Source of the DNA: Glycera tridactyla
Lineage: Eukaryota
Assembly: GCA_965644265.1 (NCBI GenBank)
Contig: OZ286465.1
Span: 70,804,001 to 70,868,000, forward strand
DNA: 64,000 nt
Direction: 5' to 3'
The notes under the pieces: generated by a model
The model's database searches: none
Told to the model about the DNA's origin: nothing
The model's input: only the letters and a program-made list of their open reading frames with translations
Shown here: one piece after another, positions 38,864 to 51,256 of the stretch
Position numbering within the stretch: the stretch's first letter is position 1
Layout of the letters: every line of letters begins with the position of its first letter
Made by a program: the position numbers and the translations under genes

Positions 38864-39633
38864 GTTAAATGTTTAATGAAGTGACGCAGATAACTGTAAA
38901 ACATGTGCAAGTCTGATTACATCTCCATCTACATCCCAAAGCAATCTTCTGTTCTTGATGTGTCAGCTGTCATCTCACACCAATTATCTCATAAAATCAA
39001 ATGACGATTTTTCCAACTAAATGTGCTTTCTGCACACCTGCAGTAGTTGCCTCTACAACTGATCCCAGCACTACCATCTTCATCATACCAATGCTTAAAC
39101 TGCGAGGATATCATTTCAAAATAACCACATCTCGGGACACACTGCCGGAATGTACAAAGTAGATTCTTGAAAATCATAGGGGGGGCCACTCCAATCATGT
39201 GATATCTCAAAAGATCCGTAGGTCAGGTGACCACAGTACCAACCAGACATAGTTAAATGTTTAATGAAGTGACGCAGATAACTGTAAAACATGTGCAAGT
39301 CTAATTACATCTCAATCTACATCCCGAAGCCATCTTCTGTTCTTGATGTGTCAGCTGTCATCTCACACCAATTATCTCATAAAATCAAATGATGATTTTT
39401 CCAACATGCTCCCTGCACACCTGCAGTAGATGCCTCTACAACTGACACCAGCACCACCATCTTCATCGTACTAATGCTTATACTGCGAGGATATCATTTC
39501 AAAATAACCACTCCTCGGGACACACTGCCGGAATGTACAAAGAAGGTTCTTGAAAATCATCGGGAGACACTCCAATCATGTGATATCTCAAAGATCTGTA
39601 GGTCAGGTGACCACAGTACCAACCAGACATAGT
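38864..39633 (+). repeat. 388-bp tandem duplication, 2 copies
   Basis: Units start GTTAAATGTTTAATGAAGTGACG at 38864 and 39252, highly similar, adjacent to (CAAT)n. Confidence 0.92.
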
Positions 39634-39781
39634 AGCCACTTGTTGATGAGAGATTCCTGATGGGTTCTGAAAGCTCAGAATTACCATACACCACTATGAG
39701 TACCGTGAAACATCATTAAAAGATTTCTTGTTGGGTATTTGAATCAGTGTCTCATACATGTCTCATTATGTGTCTCATATA

Positions 39782-39957
39782 CAGATAAACCTATCTATGA
39801 AGCCACTTTTGGTCACATAAAAAGTGGATTTTATAGGCAGGTGGCCTTTATAGAAAGGTCATTCATTGTTGAAAATACTATTACGGTTGCAGCTCAGGGT
39901 AGCCTTTGTAGACAGGTGGTCTTTATAGAGAGGTGGTCTATCGAACAGGTTTGACAG
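39782..39957. mobile_element. MITE family B copy
   Basis: TA flanks, GGTGGTCTTTATAGA repeats, CAGGTTTGACAG end. Confidence 0.75.
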
Positions 39958-42900
39958 TAGTAGCCAGTGGCATTTCACTCTTCACAAGAGACTTGCAACT
40001 TTCCAGAGGTCTAAAAACGGAATCCCTCAATAGGGACCACATATAGCGACTCACACATAGACAATGACACCCATAGGCCACATAATCACATGTATTTTCC
40101 ATAACGCACAACTTGAAATTGAGATGCATATCTCGTGAGACTTGTATGAAAAATTTCATTTCTTTAAGAAATTCCAAAATGTTCAACAGTTCACAGTCAA
40201 AATGACTAAACAAATTTCTCCCATAAATCAGCTACCATCAGTATCTGCAGGGATTTACCAATGAAAGAATATATATATTGGCCTTTTGGGTACAATGGTT
40301 CAATTATCATGTGCCACCTTACATTTTCATGTGCCCAACCCATGTTATCTTATTACAAGTGTGCTGAATTAAGTGTTCCTTTTCTGCTCATCATATATGA
40401 CGAAGTTCCCTTTTCAACGATAGGTGCCGTCCAGCTAAAGGTACAGAGATGCGTTATCCTTCTAATTGTATTGACTGATTACCATGATTTGTTTGGAGTC
40501 AGGATCAAGTGGTTGTAATCCCATACACAAATAAAATGATTTGGAAATTGAGCAACCAGTTTTATGAGCTCGATTTTGTGACGCTCAAATTGTTAATGTC
40601 ACATACACAAAGATTACCATCTCTATTCTTTCTCAAAATTCGACCTGTGAGATCGATGAAGCAGCTGAAGAGTCTGCCTCAATACAAAGGCCAGCTGCCT
40701 ACAAAGACCATCCAGGATGGCTATCATGATAGTATTTTCTACAGCATACAACCTCTCTACAAAAGCCACCTGGCAACAAAGACTTTTTGACATGACCCAT
40801 AGTGGTTCTAATTGACAGATTGGATTGGTCATCATCAACTTAACAAAATTTTCTGGTCAATTCACATAATCAGCCTTTGGATGGATGAAAATATCCAATT
40901 TGTGGTCGATGAGAAAGTAGGACATTTTCAAAATTTTTCAAGCAGTCAGTGGGCTGAGTGGCAAATAGATGCAGATCCATCCATCATCTCAAGGTTGCTC
41001 CTGTGAGCGCAGGCACGTGCAGCGAGGAAATGAGGTGACATGAACTTCATGAACCAAGAACAATGGAGAATAGACCAAATACACCAAAAAGACCAAATAC
41101 TGGGTCACACCCTACACCCAATGGAAAATTTCACGTTCGGCATCATGAAAATGTGTCCCTGTTTTGATGACAACGTTCTCACCAACTCATGGTACAGTCA
41201 AACCTGTTCTGAAGGGGGGGGGGGGGAGCAAAATTGGCTGCTTTAGAAATGTGGCTGCATTGGACAGGTGAATTATATTGAAAGAAGTTCAAAAGAAAAA
41301 TTCAAAAGTGACTACTCAATGCAGGTGATATAGGATTGGTTGAACTAGAGGTTGCTTCAGACAGGTGAGACTCGTTCAAAAATGAATATTCTCCGGTACA
41401 CCAACCTAACAGCCATATCAGATTCTACTTTTTCATCAACAATAAAGAAAATCAATACAGCTGATAATATCTTTGAATTCTTTATCAGATTTACAATTGA
41501 ATGGCCCACGTCACACACTTCAACACACTTCATATTACCAGGGGTGATTATATGGATGTTCACGTCTTCAATCTGGCTTTCTCTGCGAACAAGAATTATT
41601 CAGGGTGAGCTGATGGGTCAAACATAGATCAACTGACACTCAGAGATTCATGGGTTTTCTGCTTTTATGATGAACAGACAAATAAAGTACTGTGTGAAAT
41701 ATTTATGGTTTGAAAAAAGAATCTGTTCGTGTTTGACGGCGGGTCGATACATCAAAGTGACGGGAAGCTCCGCTATCTTGTTTGAGCTCCTCTCACCACT
41801 GAAAAATTTCTTCAAACAAACAAGACAAAATCACTAGTCGATTCACTTTCAGAAAACCCTGACCTTCACTGGAATGTAGATACAGCTTTAGTTATCTTGG
41901 ATGAGAACAGATCATACCATCAACATAGGAATCACAAAAATTCTGACCCGCTGTACAAAATACTTGTGTTACATGGCCATTTGTGTGAAAAATGTTGTAA
42001 TATGACATTCCCAATTTTTTACATGGATGTGGGGGCACTCTTACTTGAATCCACCATTTAAGCATAGAGAAGCAGGTCTTCCAATTGAGCAGGCACATCT
42101 ATTCATCTGAATATGGTATATGAAGGGCATCAGGTCAACATCTCAAGCCGGTACTTAATAATGATATATAAACATTCTGCTACTTAATAACGATAAATGA
42201 ACATTCTGCGGTGTGCTAAGCTCTGTCAAACATGCAGCCGTTGCATCCACAACAGCCTTACAGCAGGTATTGACTCTGATTTATATGGGGTCCTGAATCT
42301 ACCTCTTGAAGAGTCCTGTGATGCATTTCTGGGAGCATCCTGCTCATTTCGAACACTCTATATGAAATAGGACTCTGATGCGTCACTGAGATGCAATGAG
42401 GATCAGGAAGTTCCCATGCACTGGTGTTCTGAGATGTCAAATCCGATGAATATGTTCATGAACATGTGATGGCTCACAACCAATGGAGGCGCAAGATTTT
42501 GTGGACCAATAAGCCCCCAGAACTGGTAACTAATTGCTACTATGTGCATATAAACTATGTGCTTTATCTCCAATAATACTGGTTTGATTATCAAAATCCA
42601 AAATAATCAGCACAAAATGATCCTTGCTGCATTTGTGATAAAAAACAGGCTATAATGAGCACCAAGCTGACTGGACTAGCTTATGACCTACCTAACTGAC
42701 CACAAAGGATAAATATACGGAATTCACCCCGGGCGCTAATTAGGAGAATACAGTAAGTGAGGGCCTCCAGGTCTCATAGTGTGACATTTGATTAACTTTT
42801 CTATTCCATCCATGACCTGCAAATACTATAGCAGTAATTGGGAATGATTCCCAGCACATGCAAAGCAATAAAACAAATGGTCTGTGCCTTTGGAAATTGT

Positions 42901-44469
42901 CCATCCTGTGTGCGCTGCAAGTTTCACCCACACATGCCCATGCTGATAACCATGTGCAACCAGTGCTGATGCAAGGTACCAATCATGTCACTTGCCTCAT
43001 ATCTGAGAGAGGAAGCCTGGAAGTCAATCAGCAAACATTGTTACATCACAACCCATGCTTGGCCCACTCAGTCACTCCTGGATACACTTGCCTATGATTT
43101 TAAATTACAACCAAATATGCTAGAACGATCACCCCTTTATGGAGGCCACCTGCCTACTAAGACCAATCAAAGAGAAAACAACAATTCTAATTTATACTAT
43201 AAACTACCAATCCACAGAGCCCATCTGTAGCACATACTGTTGAATCACCATATTTGTGAGATTAAAGTAAACTGATAAGAGCTTCTAGTGAAGTTTCCAA
43301 TCTCTGGCTGAAGATTAAAGTGTACTTTTGCTCGAGGGCCAGCAACGCAGGTCTTTGAGAGCAGCAATGCCTTCATGAAACGCACCCTTCATCTCAGTAA
43401 ATGCCTAAATGGTAAAGGGCAATGGACAGCCTGGTACCCCTCTATTGCCCTCTATCGCCCAGCAAGAGCATGCCCCAGACCCTCCTACATGTGACCAGAT
43501 GACAAAATGAGGCTGGGTAGGCTGAGCCAATGAATGGAATTCACCATCTTCTTCCAACATTTCCATCTCTATGACTACTGAAACTGCGACAAATTTCAAC
43601 ATTGGTGATCTGGCAGAAACACCAGATTGGACAATGATTTGGCTAGTATCTGAAATATCACCATACTCATACAATATTTTGGCTTTTGACACTTTAGTTT
43701 CTGAATTTGTGTTCGCTTACACAAAGAGGAAGATGACATTCACAATACTGCTGGGGATAATGAGACAGAGACTGGCATTTCTGCATGTGATTAGGAAGGG
43801 CATAAAGTAGGATAACTGTATTACATCCCTCATCTTCCTCATAAAGACGGACCAACTAAGATATGTGCTCTCCAAGAAACAAATGAGAGATGAGATCCGC
43901 TCAAATATGTCCAGTTGGGCAGAGTGGAGTAAAACGAGAACGTTTTTTTTTGTGTGAAACGGAAGCACATATTATTCCCTGGTTCATTTGCTGGTTCATT
44001 TCCTCTCACTACCCAGCCCAAAGAGTGGGAAATGTGCTAAATTTGAAAGGAAATGCTAAATGTCTATTTGAAAATAGGAAAATGTCATAATCATTACACC
44101 AAATGTCTCCCAGTACAGGTACAGACAATAGCCATTGGCCAAATCTTCATTCAGACTGGTGTAAGTTATTAAGACAAACATACATCAATTATGATGAACC
44201 CAGGGACTTGGGACCTTGTTTTTGCATTACTATTGATACAGAGTGAGAACTATGAAATGAAAGCAATATCGAGCATAAAGGCCTGCACAGAATACACGCT
44301 GCTACAAGGAGCTGAAGCCAGCCAGACAAAAACTAACTGGGAGCTGAAGTGGGTGGAATAGAAAACCTAAACAAAATCTTATCCAAGACCTCAACCTCAA
44401 CATCAACCCTGGACGAAGACAACAAACACAACCACGACTGCTGTGGCGGCGACAATGGCAACAGTGGAA

Positions 44470-44516
44470 AGGTGATACCTATGTCCCCCCTCTGCATAAG
44501 CAGGCGGGACAAAAAA
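44470..44516 (+). mobile_element. 3' end of a HINE-like element
   Basis: GTGATACCTATGTCCCCCCTCTGCATAAGCAGGCGGGAC hairpin followed by AAAAAA. The 5' end was not defined. Confidence 0.4.
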
Positions 44517-44574
44517 TAATCAAAGAAGATCATTCTTGGGTAGGATTGATGAAATATTGCTGTGAAATATTTAG

Positions 44575-44724
44575 TTACTGGTAAGGACCTGTGAAAGATT
44601 CAATTACTGGTTAGGACCTGAGAAAGATTTAATTACTGGTTAGGACCTGTGAAAGATTTAATTACTGGTTAGGACCTGTGAAAGAACCAATTACTGGTTA
44701 GGACCTGTGAAAGATTTAATTACT
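44575..44724 (+). repeat. 29-bp minisatellite, 5 copies
   Basis: TTACTGGTTAGGACCTGTGAAAGATTTAA units at 44575, 44604, 44633, 44662 and 44691. Confidence 0.95.
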
Positions 44725-46104
44725 TGAGTAATATTTTGCTGCCTATCAGAAACCAAACTGGAATATATCAGACCCTGTAAATGAAGACCACTCTCGGGCA
44801 TCAGCGTTAACTCAGTAATGAGGCTATCACTTGACTGAAATGTGAACACAGAGGGCAGAACACCAATGAAAAGAGCCCACTCCCACAATTTAATTCCGAG
44901 AACAGAACCTGTGAAGTAAGATCATTCCCCAGTAATAATGCCAACAAAAATGATATCAATGCTGCAGAGGGCGTCATAAAAGCATGATCATGAACAGAAA
45001 CACATCCTCTTGAATGGAACAAGCAAAAACAAAACTTCAGCTACACATCAAATTCTGATTCTTCACCAACACACTGATGCAAATGACTGAAACGTAAAAC
45101 TTTCAGTAAGCCACAGAAAACTAGAATGCTTTACATACAAAACTGCTGAATGCAAATCTTATACTTGAGGACAAGTCTGCATTCAATTCAAAAGAAGCTG
45201 AGAAAATGTTGAAGAGAAATCAACCACCAAGTTAACTCTTGCAAAAATACTTGTAAATATCAATAAACCTTTGATTTATTCTCAGTGAGAGAGTGCTTTG
45301 ATGATTTTGCTGTATGTGCCTAAATGGCAGATTGTCAAACATGCAAAAACTGGAGCTGATCTTATTACTGTAATAGCTAGAATTATGGAATGAACAGAAA
45401 GAACTCCAATCTCCCAACATGGAGCTGAACAGAGGCCTTGATGGTTGATGATAAATTTCCCTCAAGTGGTTTTACAATTAGCCATTCATTGAGAGTTTCT
45501 GACAATCTGGTATAAATACAAACTTGGTATCATGCTGACAACAATATTGAGTCAACAAAAACAAAATGTCATGCTGTTTACACTCTTCCTCTGAGTGAAT
45601 AGGGCGTGAACTGGGTGAACAGAGGTGAATTTTCAGGCAAAATACATGGGCTTGTCGGTGACTGGGGCTCAGGTTGATTCTTCCCTTATCAAACTGTGAA
45701 TAAATATATTCTTCTTATTTGAAAATCCCACAAAATTCAGAACACTATTTGAGGCAATTGCCATATGTAGGACTCAACCCAGGCCAAAATAATCATGAGC
45801 AAAACTGTTAATTAAGAAAAATGTCGCCAGCACATCCCACTCATGACTGACACAGCAACACCATGAACATCCACATCCTCAACTGCTCATGCTCTGTCTT
45901 TTGCACCCAGTAATTCTCTGATGTTGTTCTCCCTCTTTATCATATTTGTAACTTATATTATGAATCAAACTGGTTATTGTTGACTCCTACCTCTGAGGTT
46001 TTCGTAGCGGGGTGAAATTTGGAAGCACCCAGCTACCCACAGGTACCAATGTCCTGCACATGAATCAAATCAAATGGCAAATAGTACACATAGATAGTAC
46101 TCAC

Positions 46105-46396
46105 TCAATAAAATAAGGCGTTCCGTCTTCAGTAAAAGCCATCTCCCAGTTGGATGGTAAAGGTCCCAGACTTGTCCGACTGTGTGCTCGCTCAAGTGAT
46201 CGTTTGCGCTGGAAGGTGGGTGGTGCTTCTTCTGTTTTATTCTTGCCAGTGGTTTCAATATTTGATCGATTCCGCCGTCGTTTGCCTTCTGATGAGGGAT
46301 GGTTGCCGGGTAATAAGGTGCCAGTGGAGTTTGTGCGTCGAAATGGCGTGGGACCAGTGGGATCTTTCGGTGGTTTCGGTGTCCCGTAATGATTGC
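46105..46396 (-). CDS. MAGI: MAGI exon: end of GK region, basic linker and first half of WW1
   Basis: Translates GNHYGTPKPP...SEGKRRRNRS...[23 protein letters not shown]. Acceptor is ttgcag and donor is gtgagt. 292 nt, phase 1 to phase 2, in frame with the 50378-50497 exon (YD-G-NHYGTPKP). Confidence 0.95.
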
Positions 46397-46479
46397 CTGC
46401 AACATATAAGATTTTGATTTGAAATCTTGGTACATGTACATCATCATCATTCAAAGTAATCTACATACATGAATGCATA

Positions 46480-46877
46480 NNNNNNNNNNNNNNNNNNNNN
46501 NNNNNNNNNNNNNNNNNNNNNNNNNNNNNNNNNNNNNNNNNNNNNNNNNNNNNNNNNNNNNNNNNNNNNNNNNNNNNNNNNNNNNNNNNNNNNNNNNNNN
46601 NNNNNNNNNNNNNNNNNNNNNNNNNNNNNNNNNNNNNNNNNNNNNNNNNNNNNNNNNNNNNTGTCACATACACACACNNNNNNNNNNNNNNNNNNNNNNN
46701 NNNNNNNNNNNNNNNNNNNNNNNNNNNNNNNNNNNNNNNNNNNNNNNNNNNNNNNNNNNNNNNNNNNNNNNNNNNNNNNNNNNNNNNNNNNNNNNNNNNN
46801 NNNNNNNNNNNNNNNNNNNNNNNNNNNNNNNNNNNNNNNNNNNNNNNNNNNNNNNNNNNNNNNNNNNNNNNNNNNNN
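46480..46877. other. Two N-runs (46480-46661 and 46678-46877) around a 16-nt CA-rich island
   Basis: Direct reading. CATA/CA-repeat flanks suggest an unresolved or masked microsatellite. Confidence 0.95.
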
Positions 46878-48786
46878 GGGACACATTTTCAGAACAATAA
46901 TATTTTCAGCCATGGATTGTGATAGTTAAAGTATACCTATTTATATCCAACAAATTTCAAGTGAGAAATATAGAATTCATTTGGAATAATACATCTTCAT
47001 GGAAAGAAATAATGACTCATAGCCTCAAGGAATGACATGTGCATTGTAGGACCTGGTATACATTTCATTCAGCCTAGGTACTTCCACAGGGACATATTCG
47101 CTGAGGATAGGTGCTGACATTGAGAAGACAGCAAACCACTGCAGGGGTTAGATTGTCATGACATTCTTGAGAAAACATGAAAAGAACAAGACATAGGAGG
47201 ATTTCTGAGTATGTAATTTGTACATGTATCCCAATGGTGTATCATGAAATATAGTTTAATTCTAGCCATTTCTCAGTGTCCGGAACTTTCACAAACGCCT
47301 TGAATATGTGTATGACAGGATGGTTAAGTTGTGTCTCTGGGTGCATGAGAGGGGAGTGGAGTGTGCTCTGGCTGGGTTATTCATTTGCTATTTTTCAGGC
47401 AGTTTGGTTAGCTCAGCACATAAGGCTGGAGATCCAGGTTCAAATCCACAACCAAAATGTAATGTGTACGTTACATCAGTGTATCATGAAATATGACATC
47501 AACATTTTTGTCAAGCAAATTGATCACATGAGTACTGGATGGTCACAATCATGGGCCTTTTTTGGAGACCAGTGATGACTGTATGCACTCAGTGAATATT
47601 AATATAGGAATATTATATATTCTGTTCATATTATCTACACATAGTTGAAGTGATCCTTCAGGCTAAATGCCCTCTTGAGAGCTGAAGGGCCAATGATAAA
47701 TGGTCTCGCCACACAGCCACTCACATTACACAAGGTATTTTAGGCAAGGCATTATCTCAAACAATGGACTGCGTTCAATTTAAGATCCACAGTTTTGTCT
47801 GATGAAAGATATCGGCACCTTTCATTAACTTTGCAGTGGCAGCTTTCTCCATAAGCCGATAAACAGTGTATAAGACAATACAAATTATACACAATACAAA
47901 GTGCAGTCAACTTTGATCATACACAGAGCAATACACATTCAAACTAGCACCAAATGACGTCTTTCCACAGGGACCACCGGCTTAGAAAGGCCACACACAA
48001 GATAGGTGGAATCAAATTTCTCATTATTAATCAACTCTTTATGAATGTCACCTATTCAAAGAGATTGAGATTTAGATTGAGATTGAGAAACTTTTATTTA
48101 CATTCACGGTACAAGGAGGCTACATTTTCACCTGACCAAGAATTCATTCAGTTTCACTGTACATTTGAGAAGGTATTTTCAGACCCGAACACCAGCTCTC
48201 TTTTGGCAGATATTACGCGATGAGCCTGATGGGATGAATACACACAGAAAATGCAAATAGAAATGAAAGCGGCTCCACTACAACCGCCATTAGCTTTCAC
48301 CATTCAACCTCAAATTCACCGCAGACAACTGACACTTTGCCCTTTTCAGCACTCCATAAGACGGCATGAACAGCGCCTCCATGAAGAGTATGCACCTTGC
48401 TTGCTATTAAGGGGAAGCCAGATCATTGCGCTTCCACCCTATATCTCCCAAAACCCTGAAGCCTGACATCCATCACAAACCTAATTGCACCAGTCACAGT
48501 CTACACGAGAGGTCTTGGCCTGCCAGTGTTATGCTCAAAACATGACAACAAGCATGAGCTACAAACAACCTGGGAAGGGTGATGGTGTTAGTATCTGGGA
48601 ACTGAAAACAATGCTCCTTGGTTAGTGATGGCACTACAATGAGTGACTACAAAGCAGCTACACTGATACCTCTCCTCAACATACATGCATATACCAGCAC
48701 AATTGAGGAGGGTTCAAAATTCAATAGCAGGCAGAGGATTGCACCTTTCACCCATAAATAGTTAAAAGCAACACTGGGTAGATCAG

Positions 48787-49057
48787 GGGCCCGTTTTACT
48801 AACTTTGTTTTTCCAGTTAAACTCGCTGTTGAGCAGGTTAGTTTAACAGGTTCCTGTTAACAGAGGTGTTAAACAGACTACTGATACTAGGTGTTTTACT
48901 AACAGTGAGAAACCGGCTTATCTCCCCGATTTAAACAGGATTGTTAAACGGTGCCCGGGGCTCCTGTTAAATTCAGTTAACAGGCTGTTTAACCTGATAA
49001 CCAGATGGCAAGGCTGTCTAATTTATGAATAGCCTGTTTATTTAGTAAAACGGGCCC
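48787..49057. mobile_element. PIF/Harbinger-like MITE
   Basis: Perfect 16-bp TIR GGGCCCGTTTTACTAA / TTAGTAAAACGGGCCC. 3-bp TSD CAG at 48784-48786 and 49058-49060. Interior rich in GTTAAC/GTTAAA motifs. Confidence 0.85.
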
Positions 49058-49212
49058 CAGAACCATCAGGCTTTGACAGTGGCACTGGGCTGAGAACCGT
49101 CAAACAACCGAGCAAAACCTTGATGTCAGAATTCTGATTGATATATTTCATCTCAGGCTTGTGGCAAGATGTCAAAGACTGAAATGTTCTCATCTTCCGC
49201 GTATTGCCATTA

Positions 49213-49389
49213 AAGTGAAACCTGTGACGAGAGACCGCCCTAAATGTCATCAAAAAGCGGTCTCTCAAAAGAGGTGGTCTCTCGTCGGAGGTATATTTGA
49301 CTATGTCAAATAGAAAAGCTGCCCTGAAAAAGCGGTCTCCCGTCGGAGGTGGTCTCTCGTCAGGGGGTCTCTCATCACAGGTTTCACTG
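49213..49389. mobile_element. TA-flanked Tc1/mariner-type MITE, family A (177 bp)
   Basis: Ends (C)AGTGAAACCTGTGA / TCACAGGTTTCACTG, internal GAGACC/GGTCTC repeats, central TTTGACTATGTCAAA. Confidence 0.85.
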
Positions 49390-50377
49390 TATATCAATTG
49401 TCAGTGAAAGTTCTGATCTGGATTGGCTCCTCAGATACCAATCTGAACCATGCACTGCTGCATCATTTCTCCACAAAATGTGCGTCTATCTATGGGTAAC
49501 GCTGCTCCTGAGCAAATGGGACGAGGATGCATTAGTCTAATAGGAAGCAACAATTAACAAGGTGATGTTTCATGAGCTCCACTGCATTCAAATTACGAGT
49601 ACCTACATCCCTTAGGGATGGAGCAAAACAGACATCAAGAACCTCATCAGATGATCCCCACAAATCATGGCCAACTTGTGAGAGTTCAGTCTTTAGGCTG
49701 CCATTTGCTGATTAGCCAGGATGAAATATGGTGGAGTAAATGGGGCCAAGCAAAGTGTGACACATTAAGATGTCTTAGTGTTCAATCCTAATTTACAAAT
49801 CATCATTCTGATGGATGTTCTACAAGATGAGGCAGATTATTTTTTTCGTGCTAGTGCTATCACTGAAACAGCTTTCTTAAAAGTGAAATCCCATCAATAT
49901 CATGATCATCCTGTGACTTCATTGAATGGCATGCATGTTTGAGATGTTGATGTTCAAGATGGCAGCAATACTGGGCCACGTCTCCCAAAAAGAATCTTGA
50001 TCACTATACTCTTTGCATTTCCTCATAATAAGTGTCTTCATACAGCACTGCTATACTTTTATGCAGATTCCTGATATGGATAAGTCAGTGCCAGAGATGC
50101 ATATTATACTAAATAATCATTTCATACATAAACAGATGTTCAGAAAGTAATGTTCATGTCCCATACACTAGTTTTACCAGATCACAGAAGTGCATGGGAA
50201 CTGCCAGTTTCCTCTTGCATCTCAGGGACTCATCAGTGAATTGACTGATGAGTCCTCCAGCATTTAGAGTGCATGAAATAAGCCGCATGCACCTGAATAT
50301 GCATCACTCCTTTTTCAAATCTGTACAACATCCAGAACAATCATCAAATGATCCAAAGAAATGTATGATTCACTCAC

Positions 50378-50497
50378 CATCATATAGTCCACTTTCCAAG
50401 AGGCTGCCGCTTTTCTCAAGTGCCAGAAATTCATCAACAGAAAGAAATGTATAATCCACACCATTGATTTCTCCCGGTCTGGCTGGCCTGGTTGTAC
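50378..50497 (-). CDS. MAGI: MAGI-family scaffold protein, guanylate kinase-like domain exon
   Basis: Translates (x)[42 protein letters not shown], the MAGUK GK motif TTRxxRxGExxGVDYxF. Acceptor is ttgtag and donor is gtgagt. 120 nt, phase 1 to phase 1. Confidence 0.95.
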
Positions 50498-51193
50498 CTA
50501 CAACATCAAAGCAAAATGAATCATGAGTACATAAATCATTATATACATGTGCCGGAATCAATGTATTCAGAGGAAAGAGAAAAGTGACTGATACACTAGC
50601 CAACAGATGGGTCTGTATTCCACATACCCCCTTCAAGAAAAAAAACAAATCATAATAAACTGTGTAGATTTTGCAGCTGCTCAAAGGGATTCAGGACTTG
50701 CGGTAACAGTGAATATGACACTGGAGTTTGACCAAGATGATCAAGAAAACCTACACAAGATGTCAGAAGTGATGATCTGTAAGATGGAACCACACAATGT
50801 CAGTGGTGAGATCAAATTTATTCAAAATTAGTCTTTTTTTAGCATAGATATGCATCAATTTGTGGAAGCAATTTTTTTCCACTGCAAAAATTGAATCATG
50901 TTTTTACCAAGATGATCAAGATGTCAGGTCCCACCATTGTTGGTGTATGTATGTGTTTTCATCTCATCCCAGTGAGTGTATTTGACAAATGTTTTGTAGA
51001 ACTACCATACAATGTTGGGTAGATCTGGCCCATCCGCACTATAGAAGCCGCTGGGGTTTGCATGCTATCCCCTCCTCAGACTGAGTGACCTGACATAATC
51101 CGCCGACACACTCCTCATTAACTGCAGCTGGAGTCTCTAACAAGGTGGACATGCACCGCACCAAACAAATATCACGCTCAATTTGGCCAAGTC

Positions 51194-51256
51194 TTGCACT
51201 GCAACATTCAGGTCTGCACTGCAACATTCAGGTCTGCCCTGCAACTTTCAGGTCTG
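51194..51256 (+). repeat. 20-bp minisatellite, about 3 copies
   Basis: CTGCACTGCAACATTCAGGT units. Confidence 0.85.

Noticed and set aside
40880-41630. Decayed gene on either strand around the 41194 MITE
   Set aside because: Frames of 68-91 aa with stops, no recognisable motif and no splice support.
44575-44724. CRISPR-like 29-bp direct repeats
   Set aside because: Units are head-to-tail with no unique spacers, there are no cas genes, and the context is a eukaryotic intron. It is a minisatellite.
46447-46922. ORFs of 143-150 aa in the track
   Set aside because: They consist of N-runs. The same applies to 12667-12912.
47398-47455. tRNA gene
   Set aside because: A- and B-box-like motifs (TGGTTAGCTCAG, GGTTCAAATCC) are present but no cloverleaf forms. 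At most a degenerate SINE head.
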